From: an uncultured Actinomycetes bacterium
Lineage (GTDB): Bacteria; Actinomycetota; Thermoleophilia; UBA2241
Length of the DNA: 24,000 nucleotides
Assembly (NCBI GenBank): GCA_963725665.1
Contig: CAVRZA010000004.1
Span: 207,543 to 231,542, forward strand
Direction of reading: 5' to 3'
Shown: in pieces, positions 7,924-15,669 of the stretch
How positions within the stretch are numbered: position 1 is the stretch's first letter
Layout: every line of letters begins with the position of its first letter
Program-made: the position numbers and the translations under genes
The notes under the pieces: generated by a model
Database searches by the model: none
What the model was told of the DNA's origin: nothing
What the model saw: only the letters and a program-made list of their open reading frames with translations

Positions 7924-8133
7924 GTGTGGAGGTCCAAGTCATGGTGGCTCTTCGTCGGCTTGCTTGCCGCTGCGTTGACGGCCGTCGTGGTCATCGCGTT
8001 CGTGACCTCGAGCCCCTTGACGAGCTACGGCGGCAGGGCGCCGCGTCCCGCCGGCCTGAGCGCGCCTGCGGCGCCGTATCCATCCCTGCACCCGGGCGCC
8101 GGCTCCGCCTCGGTGTCCGGCGCGTCGCAGTGA
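7924..8133 (+). CDS. small hypothetical membrane-anchored protein
   Basis: 69 aa from GTG. It has one clear TM helix (WWLFVGLLAAALTAVVVIAFV) followed by a Pro/Ala/Ser-rich tail. Third-position GC is as high as in neighbouring real genes. I recognise no homology. Confidence 0.45.
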   Translation: MWRSKSWWLFVGLLAAALTAVVVIAFVTSSPLTSYGGRAPRPAGLSAPAAPYPSLHPGAGSASVSGASQ

Positions 8134-8146
8134 CCGTGGCCATCTG

Positions 8147-8854
8147 ATGGCTACGCTCTACACAGGCACCTCGGGGTTCGCTTACCCGGCGTGGAAGCCG
8201 GGCTTCTACCCGTCCACGGTGCCCGCCGCGAAGTTCCTTGAGTACTACGCTACGCGGCTCAATTGCGTCGAGATCAACTACACCTTCAGGCGCATGCCCG
8301 CCGCATCCACACTGCAGTCGTGGGTCGACCTCACCCCCGAGGGGTTTGCCTTCGCCGTCAAGGCGCACCAGCAGATCACGCACTTTCGCCGCCTCAAAGA
8401 CGCCGGCGAGCCCACGCAGGCATTCCTCGCCGCCCTGGAGCCGCTGCGCGCCGCCGGCAGGCTTGGTCCCGTGCTGTTCCAGCTTCCGCCGCACCTGAAG
8501 GTCGACGTGGAGCGGCTCGATGCCTTTCTCGAGCTGCTGCCGCCCGACTCGAGATACGCCTTCGAGTTCCGCGACGCCTCGTGGTTCGTCGACGACGTGT
8601 ACTCGCTGCTCGGCGAGTACGGCGTGTCGCTGTGCGTGGCCGAGTCCGACAAGCTGGAAGTACCCGATGTCGTCACCGGCGGCTTCGTCTACTACCGCTT
8701 GAGGAAGCCGACCTACGACGAGGCCGACCTCGACGGCGTCGTCGCTCGCTCGCGGCAGGTGCTGGCCGGCGGGCGCGACGTGTACGTGCTGTTCAAGCAC
8801 GAAGACGACCCGACGGGAGCCCTCTACGCGGAGCGCGTGCTCGCGGCGGCGTAG
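8147..8854 (+). CDS. DUF72 family protein (YecE-like)
   Basis: 235 aa: YTGTSGFAYPAWKPGFYP..KFLEYYATRLNCVEINYTFRRMP..GFAFAVKAHQQITH..VLFQLPP..AFEFRDASWF.. is the characteristic DUF72 pattern. Confidence 0.87.
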   Translation: MATLYTGTSGFAYPAWKPGFYPSTVPAAKFLEYYATRLNCVEINYTFRRMPAASTLQSWVDLTPEGFAFAVKAHQQITHFRRLKDAGEPTQAFLAALEPLRAAGRLGPVLFQLPPHLKVDVERLDAFLELLPPDSRYAFEFRDASWFVDDVYSLLGEYGVSLCVAESDKLEVPDVVTGGFVYYRLRKPTYDEADLDGVVARSRQVLAGGRDVYVLFKHEDDPTGALYAERVLAAA

Positions 8855-8982
8855 CCGCGGGTGGCTTGCGCCGTCGGCAGCCGAGCCCGCGTCGGCTTGC
8901 ACTGGCGCGCTTCGGCGGTAGTGTTAGCGGACCGCGAATCGACCTCGTCGTGGCGTCGTGCGGCGAGGGGAAGGAGAGGCCC

Positions 8983-10507
8983 GTGTCCATCGTCCTTGAC
9001 GGCAGCTCGCTGACGATCGAGAAGCTGGCGGCCATCGCCCGTGACGGCGAGGCGGTCGTGCTCGACGCGGCGGCTCTCGAGCGCATCCGTCGCTGCCGCG
9101 AGATGCTCGAAGAGAAGCTCGCGGCAGGCGAGATCATGTACGGCACCAACACCGGCATCGGCGAGTTCTCCGAGGTCGTGCTCAACGACCAGCAGGTGCA
9201 GGAGTTCCAGCGCTCGCTCATCTACAACCACGCCGCCGGCATCGGCGAGCCGGCCCCCGAGGAAGTCGTGCGCGCCGCCATGGCGAGCCGTGTCAACGTG
9301 CTCGCCCGCGGGCACTCCGGCATCCGCGCCGAGATCCCGCTCACCCTGGTGAAGATGCTCAACGGCGGCGTCACGCCGGTGATCTGCCAGAAGGGCTCCG
9401 TAGGCGCCTCCGGCGACCTCGCCCCGATGGCGCAGATGGCGCTGCTCATGATGGGCGAGGGCGAGGCCTTCTACCAGGGCGAGCGCCTGCCCGGGCGAGC
9501 GGCCATGGAGCGGGCCGGCATCCCGGTGCCGGGCCTGCATGCCCGCGACGGCCTGGCGATCATCAACGGCTCCAACGTGCTTACCGCCATGAGCGCCCTG
9601 CTGCTCGTCGACGTCGAGCGCTGGCTGCGCCAGGCGGAGATCGCCTGCGCCATGAGCCTCGAGGCGCTGCTGGCGAACCTCAAGCCCTACGACGTGCGCC
9701 TGCACGAGCTGCGCGGCTTCGCCGGCGCGGTCCGCAGCGCCCGGACCATCATGCGCTGCATCGAGGGCAGCGACCTGGCCACGGGCAAGATCAAGACCAA
9801 GGTCCAGGACGCTTACTCGATGCGCTCATCGCCGCAGGTGATCGGGGCGGCGCACGACGCCGTCGCCTTCGCTCGCTCGCAGGTCGAGATCGAGCTCAAC
9901 GGGGTCGGCGACAACCCCATCTTCCTGCCCGACGAGAGGCTCACGCTCACCGGCGCCAACTTCCAGGGCACGCCCGTCTCACTGCCCATGGAGCTGGTCG
10001 GTCAGGCAATCACGATGGTCTGCGTGTTGAGTGAGCGGCGCCTGAACCGCCTCGAGAACCCCGCCCTCAGCCAGGGGCTGCCCGACTTCTTAACGCCCGA
10101 CCCCGGCTTCTACTCGGGCCTGATGCTCAGCCAGTACACCGCCGACACGCTGATCGTCGAGCAGCGCCTCCTCTCCGCCCCCGCCTCGACGATGTCGATC
10201 CCCGCCGCGGCCGACCAGGAGGACTTCGTCTCCATGGGCATGAACACGGCCCTCAAGAACCGGCAGATCCTCGAGAACGCGTGCGGGGTGCTGGGCATCG
10301 AGTTCATGGCGGCGGCGCAGGCGCTCGACTTTCGCGACTTCACGCCCGGGAAGGGGCGTGCGGGTCGCGCACGACGTCATCCGGCGGCACGTGGCGCACC
10401 TGGATGAGGACCGGCCTCTCTACCCAGACCACAACGCGATGATGGCTCTCGTGCGCTCTGGCGAGATCCTCGCGGCGGTCGAGGAGGCCGTGGGACCGCT
10501 GGCGTGA
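8983..10507 (+). pseudogene. MIO-dependent aromatic-amino-acid/histidine ammonia-lyase or aminomutase family enzyme, with one +1 frame change near the 3' end (pseudogene or sequence error)
   Basis: From GTG 8983 (GGGGAAGGAGAGG SD): ..YGTNTGIGEFSE..LIYNHAAGIG..GSVGASGDLAPMAQ (Ala-Ser-Gly MIO triad at nt 9406-9414) ..NGSN..QDAYSMRSSPQV..GDNP..NFQG..DQEDFVSMG... After ..FTPGKG the conserved tail VRVAHDVIRRHVAHLDEDRPLYPDHNAMMALVRSGEILAAVEEAVGPLA* continues in the next frame. The junction is at about 10354-10358. The 8263-8982 part of the track ORF is a non-coding extension overlapping DUF72. Confidence 0.85.
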
Positions 10508-10521
10508 GGCTGTGGTACGTA

Positions 10522-10550
10522 TTTCACAGTGGTTGAGCAGCGAGTATTCT
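10522..10550 (+). promoter_or_regulatory. candidate promoter of the ABC importer genes (TTTCAC-N17-TATTCT)
   Basis: Both hexamers with exact 17-nt spacing lie in a locally AT-richer intergenic stretch about 70 nt upstream of ATG 10621. Pattern only. Confidence 0.3.
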
Positions 10551-10620
10551 GTCTTGCTTGCAAGGGGTCGCGCGCTTCCGGGAGCCACGACGCGTGACGA
10601 AGACAAAGGGGAGGAAGACT

Positions 10621-11646
10621 ATGCGTGACTTGTCCACAAGGTCGAGGGTCCTGAGCCTCGCCACCATCCTCGGGCTGGTCGGGCTGGCGCTGCTCGTCGC
10701 CGGCTGCGGGAGCAGCACCACGACGAGCAGCGCCAGCCCCAGCGCCAGCCCGAGCGCGACTTCCACCGCGGCCGCGCCGTGGACCGCCGCCGACCTCGCC
10801 GCGATCACGACCGACAGCTCACTCACGGCCTTGCTGCCGGCCGACATCCAGAGCAGCGGCGTGATCAAGTGCCTGAGCGACATCCCGTACCCGCCGTGGG
10901 AGTACTTCGACCCGCCGACCAGCACCAATCCGGCCGGCTTCGACTTCGACATGTCCCAGGCGCTGGGAAAGAAGCTCGGCGTCGAGGTCAAGTTCATCGA
11001 CAGTACGTTCGAGTCCATCCTGCTCAAGATCAAAGGCGGCCAAGGCGACATGGCCTTGTCGGCGATGTACGACAACGAGGAGCGTCAGAAGGCCGGCTAC
11101 AGCTTTGTCGACTACACGTTCGACGGCACAGGCATCCTGGTCGCCAAGGGCAACCCCAACGGGATCACCGGCCTGGACAGCCTCGCGGGTAAGACGGTCG
11201 CCGTCGAGAGTGGCGCGACACAGGTGGTTGTGCTTCAGGAACTGAACAAGGACTTTCAGAGCGCCGGCGAGTCGCAGATGCAGATCCTGAGCCTCCCGGA
11301 CCAGCCCGCGGCGCTGCTCGCGGTCAAGAGCAATCGGGCCGTCGCCGACCTGACCGACTTCTCCACAGCCGTGGACATCGCCACGACGAACGACGGCAAC
11401 ACCTTCGAGGTGGTCCGCGATCCGGCGGCGCCCTACGAGCCGCAGATGAACGGTATGGCCGTGCTCGCCACGAACACGCAGCTCGTGGACGCCCTCCAGA
11501 AGGCGCTGCAGGCCCTGATCGACGAGGGTTCCTACCAGAAGCTGGTCGCGGCGTGGGGCTTCGTCCCTGTCGAGTCGGCGCAGGTGAACCAGGGTCCGGC
11601 CTACGCCGCGAGCCACGCAGGTCTCCCCGTGAGCCCCTCGCCGTAA
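10621..11646 (+). CDS. polar-amino-acid-type ABC transporter substrate-binding lipoprotein (SBP family 3)
   Basis: ATG 10621 follows AAGGGGAGGAAG. There is a signal peptide with lipobox LLVAGC and a Ser/Thr/Ala linker, then ..PYPPWEYF..GFDFDMSQALGKKLGVEVKF..FESILLKIKGGQGDMALSAMY..LAGKTVAVESGAT.., typical of His/Glu/Gln/Arg-type binding proteins. Confidence 0.87.
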   Translation: MRDLSTRSRVLSLATILGLVGLALLVAGCGSSTTTSSASPSASPSATSTAAAPWTAADLAAITTDSSLTALLPADIQSSGVIKCLSDIPYPPWEYFDPPTSTNPAGFDFDMSQALGKKLGVEVKFIDSTFESILLKIKGGQGDMALSAMYDNEERQKAGYSFVDYTFDGTGILVAKGNPNGITGLDSLAGKTVAVESGATQVVVLQELNKDFQSAGESQMQILSLPDQPAALLAVKSNRAVADLTDFSTAVDIATTNDGNTFEVVRDPAAPYEPQMNGMAVLATNTQLVDALQKALQALIDEGSYQKLVAAWGFVPVESAQVNQGPAYAASHAGLPVSPSP

Positions 11647-11650
11647 CACC

Positions 11651-12628
11651 ATGACGGTTGTGGGACCTTCTGGCCAGCTTGAAGGAGGTGCGGCGGCGCC
11701 CGGGGCGGGCTTGCCCGCCCCGGGCGCCGCGCGCCCGGAGGCGATAAAGGCGATCCCGGTCCGTCACTGGGGCCGCTGGATCGGCGCCGCTATCGTCATC
11801 TACCTGGTTGTGGCTCTCGCGTACTCGTTCGTCAAGAACAGCAACGTGGAGTGGCCGGTGGTATGGGAGTACCTGTTCAAGCCGCTGACGCTGCGCGGCC
11901 TGTTGCTCACGATCGAGCTGACGTTCGTCTCGATGGTGATCGGCGCGGCCGGCGGAGTCCTTCTGGCTGTGATGCGGCTCTCCGACAACTACGTGCTCTC
12001 GGGTATCGCCTGGGTCTACATCTGGTTCTTCCGTGGCACCCCGGTCTACGTGCAGATCATCATCTGGGCCAACCTGGGTGTGTTTTATCCGAATGTCATC
12101 GCGGGGCTGCCGTTCACCGGTGTCGTGTTCGGCTCCACCGACAGCGGCACACTCGTGGCGCGCATCATCGTGCCCGCCATCCTCGCCCTCGGTCTGAACG
12201 AGGCGGCCTACGCCGCCGAGCTGGTGCGGGCCGGCATCATCTCCGTCGAGGCGGGTCAGACCGAAGCGGCGCTGTCGCTGGGCATGTCGCCCACGCTCAC
12301 CATGCGCCGGGTCGTGTTGCCGCAGGCGATGCGTGTGATCATCCCCACGTTCGGCAACGAGACGATCAGCATGCTCAAGACAACGTCGCTGATCGCCGCC
12401 ATCGGCGGCCTCGAGATGTTCGGCCGCCTGCAGTCGGTCTACTCACAGACCTACCAGATCATCCCGCTGCTCGTCGTGGCCTGCATCTGGTATCTCTTCC
12501 TCACGTCGGTCCTGACCATCGGCCAGGGCTACCTCGAGGCGTATTTTGGGAAGGGCTTCGGGGAGAAAGAGGCCGAGGCCGCGGAGAAGCGGGCCGTGAA
12601 GCGAGCAGCGAGGGCGCCGCATGTCTGA
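11651..12628 (+). CDS. amino-acid ABC transporter permease (HisMQ family)
   Basis: Multi-pass membrane protein with ..[13 protein letters not shown].. and the EAA loop [32 protein letters not shown]. Its stop overlaps the ATPase start (ATGTCTGA). The N-terminal extent is uncertain. Confidence 0.85.
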   Translation: MTVVGPSGQLEGGAAAPGAGLPAPGAARPEAIKAIPVRHWGRWIGAAIVIYLVVALAYSFVKNSNVEWPVVWEYLFKPLTLRGLLLTIELTFVSMVIGAAGGVLLAVMRLSDNYVLSGIAWVYIWFFRGTPVYVQIIIWANLGVFYPNVIAGLPFTGVVFGSTDSGTLVARIIVPAILALGLNEAAYAAELVRAGIISVEAGQTEAALSLGMSPTLTMRRVVLPQAMRVIIPTFGNETISMLKTTSLIAAIGGLEMFGRLQSVYSQTYQIIPLLVVACIWYLFLTSVLTIGQGYLEAYFGKGFGEKEAEAAEKRAVKRAARAPHV

Positions 12629-13439
12629 CGAGAGCGGACATATTGTCTCGCCGACCGTCTCGGGGGTGTCGGCCGGCCAGCCCATGGTCAAGGCCGAGCA
12701 GGTCTGGAAGAGCTTCGGCAAGCTCGACGTGCTCAAAGGCATCGATCTCGAGGTCATGCCCCAGGAGACCTACGTCCTCCTCGGTCCGTCGGGCGGCGGC
12801 AAGTCGACGCTCCTGCGCTGCATCAACCATCTCGAGAAGATCAACGCCGGGCGGCTGTGGGTCGGCGGCGAGCTCATGGGCTATCGCCAGAGGGGCGATG
12901 TCCTGCATGAGATGCGGGCGAAGGACGTCGCGCGTCAGCGCTCTGAGGTGGGCATGGTCTTCCAGCGCTTCAACCTCTTCCCGCACATGACCGCCATCGA
13001 GAACGTGATGGAGTCGCCGATCAAGGTGCAGCACGTGCCTCGCCAGCGAGCCGAGAACGAGGCCGAGGAGCTGCTGACCAGGGTGGGCCTGAAGGAGAAA
13101 CTCGACGTGTACCCGGCTCAGCTCTCGGGTGGCCAGCAGCAGCGCGTCGCCATCGCCCGGGCCCTGGCCATGAAGCCCAAGCTGATGCTCTTCGACGAGC
13201 CCACCTCGGCGCTCGACCCCGAACTGGTGGGCGAGGTGCTCGACGTGATGAAGCAGCTTGCCCGCGACGGCATGACCATGGTCGTCGTGACACACGAGAT
13301 GGGCTTCGCCAAGGAGGTCGCCGACGGCGTGGCGCTGATAGACGGCGGCGTCATTGTCGAGAATGGTCCGCCGCTCGAGGTTCTCGTCAACCCGAAGGAA
13401 GAGCGCACGAAGCTCTTTCTGTCGAAGGTGCTCTCCTAG
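12621..13439 (+). CDS. amino-acid ABC transporter ATP-binding protein
   Basis: Walker [11 protein letters not shown]-loop, signature [15 protein letters not shown], Walker [13 protein letters not shown] and H-loop VVTHEM are present. Confidence 0.92.
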   Translation: MSDESGHIVSPTVSGVSAGQPMVKAEQVWKSFGKLDVLKGIDLEVMPQETYVLLGPSGGGKSTLLRCINHLEKINAGRLWVGGELMGYRQRGDVLHEMRAKDVARQRSEVGMVFQRFNLFPHMTAIENVMESPIKVQHVPRQRAENEAEELLTRVGLKEKLDVYPAQLSGGQQQRVAIARALAMKPKLMLFDEPTSALDPELVGEVLDVMKQLARDGMTMVVVTHEMGFAKEVADGVALIDGGVIVENGPPLEVLVNPKEERTKLFLSKVLS

Positions 13440-13560
13440 GGGCATCGTCAATGACCCGGGCAGAGAGAGGCTCTGCTCGCGGCATCGTCCAGTCGGCCGC
13501 GACGTCGCGAACCAGCAGTCGCGCACCGCGTCCCCGCGGCCGAGTGTCGCGCCAGGGTCC

Positions 13561-13568
13561 ATAGAATC
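13561..13568 (+). promoter_or_regulatory. candidate -10 element ATAGAATC for the corrinoid protein / MtmB-like pair
   Basis: The same octamer, at nearly the same distance from the start codon, as upstream of rpsR (2251-2258). It ends 33 nt before ATG 13602. Confidence 0.28.
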
Positions 13569-13601
13569 GCCGCAACCAAGCCACGGGAGGAAGGTCCGCT
13601 C

Positions 13602-14261
13602 ATGTCGACCACCGAGAAGCTCATCCTGGCCGTGCAGGACGGTGACGGCGAACAAGCCGCCGCCCTTGCCCGTCAGGCCCTCGACGAGGGCGCCGAAGCG
13701 GCAGCCCTCGTCGACGCGCTGACGGGCTGCATACGCGAGATCGGCGATCGCTTCGGCACCGGCGAGATCTTCCTGCCCGAGCTGATGCTGGCTGGGCGCG
13801 CGATGCAGGGCGCGATGAGCGTCCTCGAGCCGGAACTTGTGAGGTCGTCGGCCGCCCTGCGGAAGCGCGGCACCATCGTGATCGGCACCGTGAAGGGCGA
13901 CGTGCACGAGATCGGCAAGGATATCGCCACCACCATGCTCAAGGCGGCGGGGTTCGATGTGCACGACCTCGGTCGGGACGTGAGCTCGTTCGACTTCGTG
14001 CGCCGGGCCGAGGAGGTGCACGCCGACATCATCGGCGCCTCCGCCCTGATGACCACGACGATGCCGGCGCAGAAGGAGATCATCGACGTCCTCGAGGCGA
14101 AGGGCCTGCGCGCGAAGTACCACGTGATCATCGGCGGCGCCCCGGTCACCAGCGAGTGGGTCGCCGAGGCGGGCGCCGACAGCTGGGGCGAGGACGCCGG
14201 TAAGGCCGTGAAGATCCTCGAGCAGGTGATGGCCGAGAAGGCCGGGAAGCTGGAGGGCTGA
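13602..14261 (+). CDS. methyltransferase cognate corrinoid (cobalamin-binding) protein, MtmC/MttC/MtgC-like
   Basis: 219 aa. A helical N-terminal cap domain is followed by a B12-binding Rossmann domain with GDVHEIGK (DxHxxG, nt 13899-13916), SALMTTT and IIGGAP motifs. GGGAGGAAGG SD upstream. Confidence 0.9.
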   Translation: MSTTEKLILAVQDGDGEQAAALARQALDEGAEAAALVDALTGCIREIGDRFGTGEIFLPELMLAGRAMQGAMSVLEPELVRSSAALRKRGTIVIGTVKGDVHEIGKDIATTMLKAAGFDVHDLGRDVSSFDFVRRAEEVHADIIGASALMTTTMPAQKEIIDVLEAKGLRAKYHVIIGGAPVTSEWVAEAGADSWGEDAGKAVKILEQVMAEKAGKLEG

Positions 14262-14265
14262 CGAC

Positions 14266-15651
14266 ATGCCGCACCTGAAGATGTGGGAGATCATGCAGCG
14301 GGCCGCCGAGGGCCCCTTCTGCGAAGACGACACCTTCCTCTACGAGGTCTTCCTGCCGACGATGAAGCAGGTCCTGCGCAAGTACGAGATCAGGTTCGAC
14401 CCGGCCTCACCGGTGCCCGCAGACGACGATCTCGCCGACCGCGTCTGGCGAGGCCGCCGTCGAGCTGTTCCTCGAGGTCGGCGTGCACAACGTCGACACG
14501 CAGCGGCGCATCATGATCAGCGAGGCCGAGCTGAACGAGGCGCTCTACCTCGCGCCCCGAGCAGCACATCGTCGGGGCGGGCCACGAGACGCGCTGGTGG
14601 AGGCCGCGTCGTGTCGAGGACGAGCGCGCGCCGTTCTGCATCTTCAGCCCCGACATCACCTACGACGAGGACATCTTCCTGCAGGCCTCGATGGCCTACG
14701 TGCAGGAGCCTCTGGCCGACGGTGTGTGCGGTCCTATCCTCGAGGAGAGCATCGGCGCGCAACATCGTCTCGGGCACGCCCTCGGAGATGGCCGGCGTGA
14801 TGGAGCACGCCATGTTGCTGCGCAACGCGGCGAAGCTGGTCGGCCGGCCGGGGCTCTTCTTGGTCGCGGTGGGCACCGCCCAGTCCGACACGGGTCAGGT
14901 CGCCGTCAGCAACGACGAGTGGGGTGTGCGCGCGAGCGATGGTCGCCTCATCGGCGTGCTTACCGAGATGAAGACCGACAACGAGCTTCTGAACAAGGTC
15001 GCTCACTGCAAGCAGTACGGCTGCGCCATCGGCTGCCTGACGGGCGCCATCTACGGCGGCTACGCCGGTGGCGCCGAGGGCACCGCCGTGCTCGAGACCG
15101 CCCATCACCTGGTGGGCCTGACCGTCTACCAGCACAACTTCAACAACAGCTTCCCGTTCCACCTGCAGTACACGTCCAACAGCGGGCGGGAGATGCTGTG
15201 GGTGGTCAGCATGGTGCACCAGGCGCTGGCGCGCAACAGCCGCATCCTGTCGACCTCGCAACGGCTTCTTCAACGCCGGACCGGGGACCGACATGCTCCT
15301 CTACGAAGCGGCCGCGCACGCCATCGCCAGCACCGTGTCCGGAGGCGACCTGTGGACGGCGGCGCCGCGGCACAACAAGTACCGCAACTACGCGACGCCG
15401 CTCGAGGCGCGTCTCGCCTGCGAGGCCGCCCACGCTGTGGCGCGGCAGGGGATGACGCGCGCGCAGGCCAACGAGATCGTCGTACAAGCTCCTCGGCGAG
15501 TACGAGGAGACGATCGCCGACGCCCCGGCCGGCAAGCCCTTCCAGGAGTGCTACGACGTCATGAAGGTGCGGCCGAAAGAGCTGGTACCTCGACATGTAC
15601 AAAGCCGCCAAGGAGAAGCTACACGGCCTGGGCGTCGAGTTTCCCTATTGA
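14266..15651 (+). pseudogene. MtmB-superfamily (monomethylamine methyltransferase-like) gene, non-pyrrolysine type, broken by six +1 frame changes
   Basis: Splicing six ORF segments gives a ~460-aa protein colinear with methanogen MtmB as I recall it: MPHLKMWEIMQRAAEGPFCEDD..DRVW | EAAVELFLEVGVHNVDTQRRIMISEAELNEALYLAP | EQHIVGAGHETRWW..GPILEESIGA | NIVSGTPSEMAGVMEHAMLLRNAAKLVGRPGLFLVAVGTAQ..YGGYAGGAEGTAV..SRILSTS | NGFFNAGPGTDMLLYEAAAHAI..ANEIV | YKLLGEYEETIADAPAGKPFQECYDVMKVRPKEL | YLDMYKAAKEKLHGLGVEFPY*. Junctions are at about 14449, 14555-14558, 14760, 15259, 15482 and 15585. Each moves to the next frame (1>2>3>1>2>3>1). Confidence 0.8.
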
Positions 15652-15669
15652 GGCTGGCGCTGCCCGGCG

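Noticed and set aside
8263-8982. N-terminal 240 codons of the 714-aa ORF 8263..10407
   Set aside because: This part overlaps the DUF72 gene out of frame and is Arg-rich nonsense. The MIO-family similarity begins only at GTG 8983, which has a strong SD.
13440-13601. Possible cobalamin riboswitch upstream of the corrinoid-protein gene
   Set aside because: The context is attractive, but I could not find the conserved core (GGTG..AA.TCC.. and the GCCACTG / B12-box arrangement). I found only a 9-bp stem (tcggccgcg/cgcggccga) and a chance agccacggg. A covariance-model scan is needed before any claim.
12501-14333. 610-aa minus-strand ORF across the ABC ATPase and corrinoid-protein genes
   Set aside because: It is an antisense shadow of two well-supported plus-strand genes and has no motifs of its own.
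14842-14880. In-frame amber (pyrrolysine) codon in the MtmB-like or MttB-like genes
   Set aside because: No TAG occurs in any coding segment of either gene. The Pyl-aligned region of the MtmB-like gene reads LFLVAVG with sense codons. No pylTSBCD genes are in the window.
14266-15651. Programmed +1 ribosomal frameshifting as the explanation for the six MtmB-like frame changes
   Set aside because: Six programmed events in one gene would be unprecedented. No junction shows a slippery or hungry-codon-plus-stop context such as prfB CUU-UGA. A technical insertion or pseudogene is far more likely.
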